A stretch of 64,000 nt of DNA, taken from positions 637,534 through 701,533 of the forward strand of contig CAVXHP010000006.1 of the NCBI GenBank assembly GCA_963761725.1, read 5' to 3'. Made by a program: the position numbers and the translations under genes. The notes under the pieces are model-generated. The model was not told where the DNA came from. It searched no databases and saw only the letters and a list, made by a program, of their open reading frames with translations. Within the stretch, counting starts at the first letter, position 1. Each line of letters opens with the position of its first letter. The stretch comes from an uncultured Cytophagales bacterium (lineage in GTDB: Bacteria > Bacteroidota > Bacteroidia > Cytophagales > Bernardetiaceae). Positions 9,449 to 18,222 of this stretch are shown here, piece by piece.

Positions 9449-11515
9449 ATGGGAGATTTAAATGTACGTATAGCAGATAATCAGCTTGACCTCAATGAAT
9501 TTACAAGGCATTTATTAAAAGATATTCAAGCTCTGGATATGATGCTCAAAAAAGATTGCTTTGATAATGAGCAGATGCATATTGGAGCAGAACAAGAAAT
9601 TTGTTTGGTCGACGATCATGGAAAACCCTCCGCTACCTGTTTGGAAGTTTTGGAAGCATTAAACAATGAAAAATTCACAACCGAATTAGCTCGTTTTAAT
9701 GTTGAATGTAACCTAGAACCTCAACCTTTTAAAGGAGATTGTTTTTCCAAATTGGAAGCCGAAACATTAGGATTATTGAAGCAATTGGAAGAAGTTACCA
9801 AAAAACATGATATTGATTATGTCTTGACAGGAATACTTCCCACCATTCGAAAATTTGACCTTACAACAGATAATATTACGCCTTTAGATAGGTATTATGC
9901 TCTCATGAATGCACTCAAAAAACTAAGAGGAAATGAATCCTATGAACTTAAAATTGAAGGAATTGATGAATTAAATACAACACAAGATACGGCACTTGTT
10001 GAGGCGTGCAACACCAGTTTTCAGGTTCATTTACAAATCAAGCCAGAGGAGTTTGTAGCCAAATATAATGTTGCTATGGCTATTTCTGCACCTATTTTGG
10101 CAGCAGCTTGTAATTCTCCGATGCTTTTTGGAAAGCGTCTTTGGAGTGAAACTCGGATTGCACTTTTCCGTCAATCGGTTGATACTCGTATTGCTTCGGA
10201 GCATTTGCGTGAACGTAGTCCTCGTGTAATGTTTGGTAATAAATGGCTTAAAGGTTCTATTTTAGATTTGTACCGTGAAGATATTATGCGTTTTAGAGTT
10301 TTGCTAACTACTGATATTGATGAAGATGCTTTAAAGATGGTGCAGGAAGACAAAACGCCTAAACTTCGTGCTTTAAATGTTCATAATTCGACGGTCTATC
10401 GTTGGAATCGTCCTTGTTATGGCATAAGCCCGAATGGAAAACCCCATTTGAGAATTGAAAATAGGATTTTACCAGCAGGTCCTACAGTTGTAGATGAGGT
10501 AGCAAATGCTGCTCTTTGGATTGGTGCCATGAATGCTTTTGAAGACACTTATCCAGATGTGAGTGAAATAATGGAGTTTGATGATGCTCGTGCTAATTTT
10601 ATGAACGTAGCTAGACATGGTTTGCGTGTTGATGTAAGGTGGGTAAATGGTAAAAAAATGAGCGTAAAGAATCTACTTTTGAAGGAAATAATTCCGATGG
10701 CAAGAAAAGGATTAGAAAAAGCAAAAGTCAGTCAGACGGATATTGATAAGTATATGGGAATTGTGGAAGCTCGTGTAAAATCCGAACAAACAGGCTCTTC
10801 TTGGATGTTACAATCCTATTCCAAACTCATCAAACAGACTACAAAAGAGGAAGTAATGACAGCCATTACCGTTGCCATTGCAGCCAAACAAAAAAGTAAT
10901 AAGCCGATTCATACATGGAAATTAGCAACCATTGAAGATATTTCAGATTGGCAACCGTCCGATTTATTAGTAGAGGAATTTATGGATACCGACCTTTTTA
11001 CTGTTACAGAGGACGATGTACCCGAATTTGCAGCCGATATTATGGACTGGCAAAAAATCCGTTATATTCCTGTGGAGTGTGGAAATGGTGTTTTGGGTGG
11101 TTTGGTTTCTTCTCGTATTTTGTTGCGTCATTTCAAATCAAATCCTAGTCAGTCAAATCAAAAAAATAATATAACAACAGTAAAAGATTTGATGATAAAA
11201 GATGTTTATACCGTTTCACCAGAAGCAAATATCCACGAAGCAATGGATTTGATGCGGAAATACAAAGTCGGTTGTTTGCCTGTGGTGGCAAATAATAATC
11301 TAGTTGGAATAATTACAGAAGCTAATTTTCTGAATATTACAGCTAGTCTTTTGAAACGAATTGCAGAGCGAAGAAGAAAACGTAAGGAAGACAATGAGAA
11401 AAGTGATAAAACTAAAGTTAGTTCCAAACCTCAAACCATAAAAGATAGAGAAATTAAGATTCAAGGAGTAGATTCTCTTCGAAATGTAATGGCTGATGGA
11501 GAAGAGGAGGAATAA
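9449..11515 (+). CDS. Glutamate--cysteine ligase family 2 (GCS2/YbdK-like carboxylate-amine ligase) domain fused to a C-terminal CBS pair and a Lys/Glu-rich tail
   Basis: N-terminal ~470 aa resembles GCS2 carboxylate-amine ligases (HIGAEQEICLVD, FQVHLQI). Two CBS modules (TVTEDDV...IRYIPV; VYTVSPEANIHEAMDLMRKYKVGCLPVVANNNLVGIITEANFL). Confidence 0.65.
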   Translation: MGDLNVRIADNQLDLNEFTRHLLKDIQALDMMLKKDCFDNEQMHIGAEQEICLVDDHGKPSATCLEVLEALNNEKFTTELARFNVECNLEPQPFKGDCFSKLEAETLGLLKQLEEVTKKHDIDYVLTGILPTIRKFDLTTDNITPLDRYYALMNALKKLRGNESYELKIEGIDELNTTQDTALVEACNTSFQVHLQIKPEEFVAKYNVAMAISAPILAAACNSPMLFGKRLWSETRIALFRQSVDTRIASEHLRERSPRVMFGNKWLKGSILDLYREDIMRFRVLLTTDIDEDALKMVQEDKTPKLRALNVHNSTVYRWNRPCYGISPNGKPHLRIENRILPAGPTVVDEVANAALWIGAMNAFEDTYPDVSEIMEFDDARANFMNVARHGLRVDVRWVNGKKMSVKNLLLKEIIPMARKGLEKAKVSQTDIDKYMGIVEARVKSEQTGSSWMLQSYSKLIKQTTKEEVMTAITVAIAAKQKSNKPIHTWKLATIEDISDWQPSDLLVEEFMDTDLFTVTEDDVPEFAADIMDWQKIRYIPVECGNGVLGGLVSSRILLRHFKSNPSQSNQKNNITTVKDLMIKDVYTVSPEANIHEAMDLMRKYKVGCLPVVANNNLVGIITEANFLNITASLLKRIAERRRKRKEDNEKSDKTKVSSKPQTIKDREIKIQGVDSLRNVMADGEEEE

Positions 11516-11593
11516 ATGGGAATTGATTTAAGTAGTTGTCTAGTACAATTTTGTTGTTTTTAATTTTATTTTGTTAATAGTGCTATTTTGACT

Positions 11594-12181
11594 TTATGAA
11601 TCTGCAAAATTTATAGTATATTTTTTTCCAAACTGTGCTAATATCTCTAAAACGGCTTTTTCAAGTGTTTTTACATTTGTCCAAGCTGCTATATCCAACC
11701 AGTAATGTTTAATATGTTTCCATAGCATTTCAATGTAATTTAAGTCTGAACAATAAGAAGGAAGGAATTGAATGAATACATTTTTTTCTTTCCATTTTTT
11801 TATTGCTTCGTCCACTTTATGATTTCTGTGAGAACTAGCTCTATCTAAAATCAATATTATTTTCTGTCCTTTTGCTCGTTTTTCAATAAAATCATCTATA
11901 CAAACGATAAATGTATCTGCGTCCATAGCTTGATAAAATTCATAAAATTCATAAAATTCACTTTCATTATTCGTACGCATAAATCCTAAAATATTAGCTC
12001 CTCTAGCTCGTTGAGCAGGTAAAAACACCTTTTTAAGTGCTTCAGTAGCTTTTTCTTGCCAACCATACATACTATTAGGATTGAGATGAAAACTACTTTC
12101 ATCACTAAACCAAACTTCAACTTCTCCTTGAGTTTCTTGATTGAGCCACCATGCAATTTCAGATTTAAAAAAATCGTGCAT
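11594..12181 (-). CDS. IS630-family transposase, DDE_3 catalytic part (OrfB)
   Basis: DDE_3 signature DESSFHLNP...ILDRASSH...FLPSYCSDLNYIEMLW, typical of the IS630/Tc1-mariner DD(34)E transposases. Confidence 0.8.
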   Translation of the reverse strand: MHDFFKSEIAWWLNQETQGEVEVWFSDESSFHLNPNSMYGWQEKATEALKKVFLPAQRARGANILGFMRTNNESEFYEFYEFYQAMDADTFIVCIDDFIEKRAKGQKIILILDRASSHRNHKVDEAIKKWKEKNVFIQFLPSYCSDLNYIEMLWKHIKHYWLDIAAWTNVKTLEKAVLEILAQFGKKYTINFADS

Positions 12182-12201
12182 CCATTCGTCTCGTTGAGAT
12201 T

Positions 12202-12636
12202 TTAATGATTTTTGTATTCGTCTCCAGCTCCAATTCTTTTTTTTAAAAAGCGTTTGAGGACAGAGGGATTGGTTTCAATTTGATGTTCTTCTTTCAATAA
12301 AACAACAGTTCTTTTTAAATTTTGAGGTGTATTTTTTACACACTCTAAAATAATATCTTCATTCTCAACAGATAAGCTACTTTGAGAATGAGCCATGTTT
12401 TTATCTAAAAGACCCAAACAACCCATTGATTCATACTTATCAAACCAACTTTTTATGCTATTTTCACTCACATCAAATTGTATGGAAAGCTCCTTAATAG
12501 TCAATCTATGTTTGGAGCTTAAATAAATAGAACTAAATCGTTTACGTTCTCTTTCTAAGAGTTTTATATCTGTACTAGATAAATAACGGCGAAGTTCTTG
12601 TTCTTGAAAAATACTTAGAGTAGCTATGAAACGCAT
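12202..12636 (-). CDS. IS630-family transposase, N-terminal HTH part (OrfA)
   Basis: Winged-helix/HTH-like N-terminal region. Ends at a T8A5 run (TTTTTTTTAAAAA, 12238-12250). Confidence 0.7.
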   Translation of the reverse strand: MRFIATLSIFQEQELRRYLSSTDIKLLERERKRFSSIYLSSKHRLTIKELSIQFDVSENSIKSWFDKYESMGCLGLLDKNMAHSQSSLSVENEDIILECVKNTPQNLKRTVVLLKEEHQIETNPSVLKRFLKKRIGAGDEYKNH

Positions 12637-12796
12637 GAAAAATATAAAATTGTGTTTATTGAACTAAAAAACTAAATTTAACAAAATTGTAGCACATAAC
12701 TACTTAATTAAGATAATCAGAAATTAATTTCTCTAAACATTTGACCCACAACTATAATTGTGGGTTTCTTTATTGACAAAATCGTATAGAATTTTT

Positions 12797-13363
12797 CTAC
12801 CTAAAAACTCCCACCAAACGATAATAATCCATCATTGTAATACGGAAAGTTTCTCGTTCTTTTCTAGTTTCTAAAATAGGAATTTCGTTAGGCATCATGT
12901 AAAACTCATGATTATCCAAAATTCCATTATAAAGTCGTGTCGCAAATTCATATTGTGTATCTACGTGTCCTGCCATATAAAAAAGTGTTCCTTGTGCTTT
13001 GGTTTCTGGATTTTTCCACCTGATTTTGAGCGTATCGTTTTTAGATTCGTCAAAATAATCTTCTATGTATTTATTTGGGTCTGTAATAATATAGGCTTTG
13101 TCTTTGTCCCATAAATAAACAATTGTCATATTCAAAATAGGAGAAATACTATCTTGATTGGCATCTTCATGGACATAAATTTCTCGTTTGAGTTTGGGTT
13201 CATCTTTTTTATCGTAATCCAAACTTCTCATGTTCTTAAAAAACAAAACCGAATTATAGGTAGTAGAATTTTCTGGTGTAGTGGCAGAAACTCGTTTTTC
13301 TTTATCTGGATTACAAGAGAAAAGTAAAATAGATAGAAACAAAGTAAAATAAATAAATTTCAT
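12797..13363 (-). CDS. Hypothetical lipoprotein
   Basis: Signal peptide with lipobox LLFSC. No recognisable domain. Confidence 0.5.
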   Translation of the reverse strand: MKFIYFTLFLSILLFSCNPDKEKRVSATTPENSTTYNSVLFFKNMRSLDYDKKDEPKLKREIYVHEDANQDSISPILNMTIVYLWDKDKAYIITDPNKYIEDYFDESKNDTLKIRWKNPETKAQGTLFYMAGHVDTQYEFATRLYNGILDNHEFYMMPNEIPILETRKERETFRITMMDYYRLVGVFR

Positions 13364-13836
13364 AGAAGTAGAATAAAGAATTTTAGATTTTCAAAAATCA
13401 ACTTTTTGTTATCAAAATGGTTTTATATAGTATTTTTGTAGCGTACACTTTAGTGTGCGAATGTATTTTGTAGCGAATGCTTTAGCTTTCGTGATTTTCA
13501 AAATAAGAAAAATTAAATTTGATATTAATTTCAAAAAAATTCTTCAAATAAAATCAAAATATTGACCTTTGTAAAAGAAGCAAATTAAATTAATAAAACG
13601 ATAGAAAATACTATTAAGAATTTTTCGTTTATGAAATAGCCAACCATTACAAAATCAAAATTAATTAGTTCAAATGGGGAAAAATAAATCTGTTATTTTT
13701 TTTAACTCTTTTCCTCAACAGTTTCTTTGATAATTATTTAGATTATCTTCCAAAAAAATACTATTCTAACTTATAAATTTATATACACTATATAGGGTTG
13801 TTTTTTACGCTCTTTTACCTAAAAAAATATCTTTTT

Positions 13837-14838
13837 ATGTCAAATACAAATTCTAATACAAAAGAACTTTTACACGAGCCATTACTTGCCGAAAATCCAA
13901 ATCGCTTTGTACTTTTTCCTATCAAACACGACGATATTTGGCAAATGTACAAACAAGCAGAAGCCAGTTTTTGGACGGCTGAAGAAATAGACCTTTCCAA
14001 TGATATGAAGGATTGGGAAGCCATGAGCGATAATGAACGTCATTTTGTAAAACATGTTCTTGCTTTCTTTGCAGCTTCTGATGGAATTGTGAATGAAAAT
14101 TTAGTTGTTAATTTTATGAAGGAAGTTCAGCTTCCAGAGGCTCGTTGTTTTTATGGTTTTCAGGTAATGATGGAAAATGTTCATGCCGAGACCTATTCTC
14201 TTCTTATCGATAGTTATATCAAAGGCACAAAAGAAAAAGACTATTTATTCAATGCACTTGACAATTTGGAATGTGTAGCCAAAAAGGGAGAATGGGCTTT
14301 GAAGTGGATTGAGAGCGATAATTTTGCTGAACGTTTGGTAGCTTTTGCTGCTGTGGAAGGCATTTTCTTTAGTGGCAGTTTCTGTTCTATTTTTTGGCTC
14401 AAAAAACGTGGCTTGATGCCAGGGCTTAGTTTTTCGAATGAGCTTATTTCAAGAGATGAAGGCTTGCATTGTGATTTTGCTTGTCTTTTGTATAATAACT
14501 ATATTGAGAACAAATTGCCAAAATCACGTATTATTGAAATCATTACAGATGCTGTAAGGATTGAGCAAGAATTTGTAACCGATGCTATCCCAGTAAGTTT
14601 GATTGGAATGAATTCTGATTTGATGAATCAATATATTGAGTTTGTAGCTGATAGATTATTAGGCGAACTTAATTGTGAAAAGCAGTATGGAAGTGCAAAT
14701 CCATTCCAGTTTATGGAAATGATTAGTTTGCAAGGAAAGACAAATTTCTTTGAGAAACGTGTTGCAGAGTATCAAAAAGCGGGTGTAATGAATGCAAATG
14801 ATGATTCTCCGAAGTTTTCTTTAGATGAGGATTTTTAA
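13837..14838 (+). CDS. nrdB: Ribonucleotide reductase class Ia small (beta/R2) subunit
   Basis: Ferritin-like di-iron ligand motifs ([44 protein letters not shown]). C-terminal acidic tail for R1 binding. The ATG at 13837 is preferred over the TTG at 13798. Confidence 0.9.
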   Translation: MSNTNSNTKELLHEPLLAENPNRFVLFPIKHDDIWQMYKQAEASFWTAEEIDLSNDMKDWEAMSDNERHFVKHVLAFFAASDGIVNENLVVNFMKEVQLPEARCFYGFQVMMENVHAETYSLLIDSYIKGTKEKDYLFNALDNLECVAKKGEWALKWIESDNFAERLVAFAAVEGIFFSGSFCSIFWLKKRGLMPGLSFSNELISRDEGLHCDFACLLYNNYIENKLPKSRIIEIITDAVRIEQEFVTDAIPVSLIGMNSDLMNQYIEFVADRLLGELNCEKQYGSANPFQFMEMISLQGKTNFFEKRVAEYQKAGVMNANDDSPKFSLDEDF

Positions 14839-14964
14839 GAATTGAAATTTGTTTGAGCGTTGAGGCTTGAACTAATCAATAGATTTTTATATAGGAAAGC
14901 CGAAATTCAATAGTTTTGAATTTCGGTTTTTTGTGTAATATATTTTAATTTAGTTCTTTTATTT

Positions 14965-15244
14965 CAATATGAGTGTCATTAATTCAATTTAAAATAGCTC
15001 TTCATTAGCTATAGAGTAGCATAACCTTTAGCTTCGGTGACTCGCTGCTCTTCGGGTGTAGAAAGGAATAGAAAATTAATTTTAAAAGCTACAGAGTAGC
15101 GTAACCTTGTTTTTAATTCTAATTTTCTCGCAAATCACAGAGTTTCGCTACTCTGTAGCTCTAATAAAGCTGTTCATAATGTTCTACCAAGGTTACGTTG
15201 CTCTGCAACTGAAAACCAAATACTTAAAAATGACACTCATATTG
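14965..15244. mobile_element. MITE-like element copy 1 (280 bp): 16-bp perfect TIRs CAATATGAGTGTCATT/AATGACACTCATATTG, TSD TTATTT
   Basis: Perfect TIRs. Flanking 6-bp direct duplication (14959-14964 and 15245-15250). Internal complementary modules AGCTACAGAGTAGCGTAACC / CGCTACTCTGTAGCT. Near-identical to copy 3. Confidence 0.8.
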
Positions 15245-15265
15245 TTATTTATAAACTCTTTTTTT

Positions 15266-16387
15266 ATGAAAAATCCTTCTGAAAACAAAGAAATAATTCC
15301 TATTATTGATGAGAATAAAAAGAAATTATCTAAGCTAGAAAATCTTTTTAATAATCGCATCAAACATATAAAAGATTTAAAAGAAACTATAAACTTGGCT
15401 CGTCAGCAAATTCAATGGTATCATCAAGAGTCGGTTGCCAAAATTTTTCCTATCAAAACAGAAATAGTAACCAAAGAAGTAGTATTAATAAAACTATTAG
15501 TAAAAGCCTTTGATGAAAATGTATTAAAAGAAAAAAAACAAATCAGAGATTTCAAAAAACTTTTGATTTTCTTTATTGAAGACTTGATTTTTGAAAAACA
15601 GCAAAAAGATTTAGACAAACTCTATGAGCGTTTTGCAGGAAAAACTATCGAAAAAATTAAGGAAGAAACTGAGCAAGAAGAAAGGCAAAAACTCATTCAG
15701 ATAATAGATACATTAGGACTCAAACTTACCGAAGAGGAAAGAGAAAAATTGCTATTAAAAGATTCAAATCTAGATTTTATAAATGAAATAAAAGCAAGGT
15801 TATATGAAGATAAAAGAGGAAAACCACACAAAAAAAGTAAGAAGAAACTAAGAAAAGAAGAGAAACAAAATCAAGAATTAGAAAACATCAGTGCAATAGT
15901 AAAACAGGTTTATAAAGAATTAATGAAAGCATTGCACCCTGACAAAGAACTGAACGAATCTAAGATAGTAGAAAAAACTACACTTGTTCAGCAAATTACG
16001 GAAGCCTATCGCAATGACGATTTATTTACCTTATTATCCATAAAATTTATTTGGCTTGATAATGCTGATACTACAAGTCTTGGTGATGATAAAATAGAAT
16101 ATTTTAATAAAATGCTTCTCAAACAAGTTCAGGAATTAGAAGAACAAAAGCGACAAATAGGCTTTAGTTTGAAAATACATCCTGTATTAATCAATTTTTT
16201 GGGTAAAGCAGAATTTGATAAGTTTTCAAAACGAATTATTGAACAAACTCAAAAGGAGGTTGAGAAAAAATTGCAAGATATAAATAGTCAGATAGAAAGA
16301 ATAGAAATTAAGGATAAAAAACACATAAAGAGATTTGTAAATGAGCAGTACAAACTTCTTATTGAAGATAAAACTGAAAATTATTAG
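15266..16387 (+). CDS. Hypothetical coiled-coil protein with a J-domain-like HPD segment (KELMKALHPDKELNE...ITEAYRNDD)
   Basis: The ORF-track start at 15107 lies inside the MITE; the first ATG outside it is 15266. Lys/Glu-rich predicted coiled coil. The HPD tripeptide sits in a DnaJ-like context. Confidence 0.45.
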   Translation: MKNPSENKEIIPIIDENKKKLSKLENLFNNRIKHIKDLKETINLARQQIQWYHQESVAKIFPIKTEIVTKEVVLIKLLVKAFDENVLKEKKQIRDFKKLLIFFIEDLIFEKQQKDLDKLYERFAGKTIEKIKEETEQEERQKLIQIIDTLGLKLTEEEREKLLLKDSNLDFINEIKARLYEDKRGKPHKKSKKKLRKEEKQNQELENISAIVKQVYKELMKALHPDKELNESKIVEKTTLVQQITEAYRNDDLFTLLSIKFIWLDNADTTSLGDDKIEYFNKMLLKQVQELEEQKRQIGFSLKIHPVLINFLGKAEFDKFSKRIIEQTQKEVEKKLQDINSQIERIEIKDKKHIKRFVNEQYKLLIEDKTENY

Positions 16388-16479
16388 TTTTTCTATTAAA
16401 AAACATTATATCAAAAAAAACAGAATTATTTTTTCTTGTCTTTCTGAATAACTATACTCATTTTTGTATGGATTAACGT

Positions 16480-16543
16480 AGCTGACACTTTCCAAGTGTC
16501 AGAATGTGATATGTATTTTATTGACACTTGGAAAGTGTCGGCT
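16480..16543. promoter_or_regulatory. Inverted repeat with internally palindromic 23-bp arms (AGCTGACACTTTCCAAGTGTCAG ... TTGACACTTGGAAAGTGTCGGCT) immediately upstream of the next gene
   Basis: Each arm is a 9-bp stem hairpin with a 3-nt loop (TCC vs GGA). Arms are reverse complements separated by an 18-nt AT-rich spacer. Confidence 0.45.
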
Positions 16544-16559
16544 ACTTTTGAATTATTTT

Positions 16560-18209
16560 ATGACAAAATTGAAGATGCGTCTTTTACGCTTTCGTGTGTG
16601 GTTTCAAAATCAATGGAAAAGCCGTTCTCAAAAGGAAAAATATACGGTCGGAATGGCTGGACTTTTGGGTGTTTTGCTAATTTTTGCAGTCGCTTTTGTG
16701 ATTTGGAATACGAATAGAGAAGCCTCTGTTTGGGAACTTGTGCCTAATGATGCCATTTTGGTTTTGGAAACTACGGAAGCACAGCGAATGAGAGAAAAAA
16801 TTGATTCCCTTCCCTTTTGGCAGCCTTTCAAAAATTTGCCTTATCTTCAATCCTATCACTCACGCAAAACGGTTTTGGATTCTGTTGGTAGAGATTCTTT
16901 AGATATTATGAATTATCTAAAAGGCAGGAAAATATATGTTTCATTGCATCAAACTTCACGTACAAGTGCTGATATTATGTTTTTTGTTCCGATGTCTTTG
17001 CAATCAAGGATTATAAATAGTCTATCCAAAAAATTACAAAAAGATATTCCTTTTACACATTCAGAGCGTCTCTACAATGAAATTACGGTTCACGAGCTAA
17101 AATATGAATATGAAAAGACCGATAAAGATGGAAATATAGAAGCTAGAAAAAACTCAAATCGCAAAAACGAAACGGAAAGCGTAATTTTTACTTATGTAAT
17201 CTACAAAAACTTTTTTATAGGAAGTTATACACCTTTTTTGGTAGAAGATGCTGTTCGTAAAATAGCAAATAATGAAGAGACGCCTTTTTTTAAAGAAAAT
17301 AAAGACCTTCTCAAACTCACAAAAATAGAAGATGACGATGCAAACCTATATGTTTCGGCTTCACAAATTCCAAAACTTTTTTCCCTTTTTACGGAGGAAG
17401 AAAACACAGCTCTACTTTCTAGTTTTGGTAATTGGGCAAAATCAGCTATGCTTGATGTTTCCTTGAAGGAACATTTACTTTTATTAAATGGCTATGTTTT
17501 GACGCAAGAAGAAGGAACAGAAAGAGATTATTTGTCTATTTTAGAAACTCAAAAATTGATTGATTTTATTGATTTACAGCAATTTATCCCTCAAGAAACC
17601 GCTCTTTTGTATAGAATTGGACTTTCAGAACCCGAAAAGTATTTTAATGAATTAGAAAAATATAGAAAAGAATATTTACCAAGACAGATTGAAGCAAAGG
17701 AAACTTTGATTGATAATTATAGCTTCTCACCTACTCGTTTTTTGGATAATCTAGGAAATGAAATTGCTGTTGCTGTCTTGGAAATGCCAGAAAACCGAAA
17801 AAACCCAGAAAAATTAGCCTTCCTAAAGATAAAATCAGAAGACGGACAAACCGAAAAATACGAACAAAAAGCAGTCGCCTTATTAAAACAACTTGCCGAA
17901 AATTCATTGGTACAAGTAAAAAGTGAAGATGGTAAAGAAAATGAAACCAAACCATTGACAGAAATCTATGAAGAACTTCCAATTACACGTATTGAAGTAG
18001 CAGATTTTCCCAAAAAGATGTTTGGAGAAGGTTTTAGTGGATTTTCGCAGTCTTATTACACTGTTTTGGAAAGTAAATATATTGTGATTGGAAGTAGTTT
18101 TCAGGCTATTCAAAAATTGATTGATGATTATAAAAATGAACGTGTTTGGGGAAAACTAGTCAGGCAAAGACAGTTTTTCGAACAAATCGGAACTCGTTCG
18201 AACAGTTAG
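16560..18209 (+). CDS. Hypothetical membrane-anchored protein (single N-terminal TM, large extracytoplasmic domain)
   Basis: The ORF-track start (GTG at 16506) lies within the palindrome, so the ATG at 16560 is preferred. TM YTVGMAGLLGVLLIFAVAFVIWN. No recognisable catalytic motifs. Confidence 0.45.
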   Translation: MTKLKMRLLRFRVWFQNQWKSRSQKEKYTVGMAGLLGVLLIFAVAFVIWNTNREASVWELVPNDAILVLETTEAQRMREKIDSLPFWQPFKNLPYLQSYHSRKTVLDSVGRDSLDIMNYLKGRKIYVSLHQTSRTSADIMFFVPMSLQSRIINSLSKKLQKDIPFTHSERLYNEITVHELKYEYEKTDKDGNIEARKNSNRKNETESVIFTYVIYKNFFIGSYTPFLVEDAVRKIANNEETPFFKENKDLLKLTKIEDDDANLYVSASQIPKLFSLFTEEENTALLSSFGNWAKSAMLDVSLKEHLLLLNGYVLTQEEGTERDYLSILETQKLIDFIDLQQFIPQETALLYRIGLSEPEKYFNELEKYRKEYLPRQIEAKETLIDNYSFSPTRFLDNLGNEIAVAVLEMPENRKNPEKLAFLKIKSEDGQTEKYEQKAVALLKQLAENSLVQVKSEDGKENETKPLTEIYEELPITRIEVADFPKKMFGEGFSGFSQSYYTVLESKYIVIGSSFQAIQKLIDDYKNERVWGKLVRQRQFFEQIGTRSNS

Positions 18210-18222
18210 TGTAATTGTAGAT

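Larger units (their letters stand above)
11541..12694 (-). mobile_element. IS630-family insertion sequence (~1.15 kb) with transposase in two ORFs
   Basis: Terminal inverted repeats GTACAATTTTGTT (11543-11555) and AACAAAATTGTAG (12680-12692), with a TA immediately outside each. Internal HTH ORF plus DDE_3 ORF. Confidence 0.75.

Noticed and set aside
13437-13458. NrdR operator upstream of nrdB
   Set aside because: The identical 22-mer occurs between convergent unrelated genes at 35860. Only a single short ACAC/GTGT palindrome is present, not the tandem 16-bp boxes expected. Kept only as a low-interest finding.
15107-15265. N-terminal extension of the ORF 15107..16387 (MFLILIFSQITEFRYSVALIKLF...)
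   Set aside because: This part of the ORF is encoded by the MITE copy (it ends in the TIR-encoded MTLIL). The first ATG outside the element (15266) is the more plausible start.
16496-16717. 73-aa ORF overlapping the start of 16506..18209
   Set aside because: Alternative frame through the promoter palindrome, with a GTG start inside a hairpin. Spurious.
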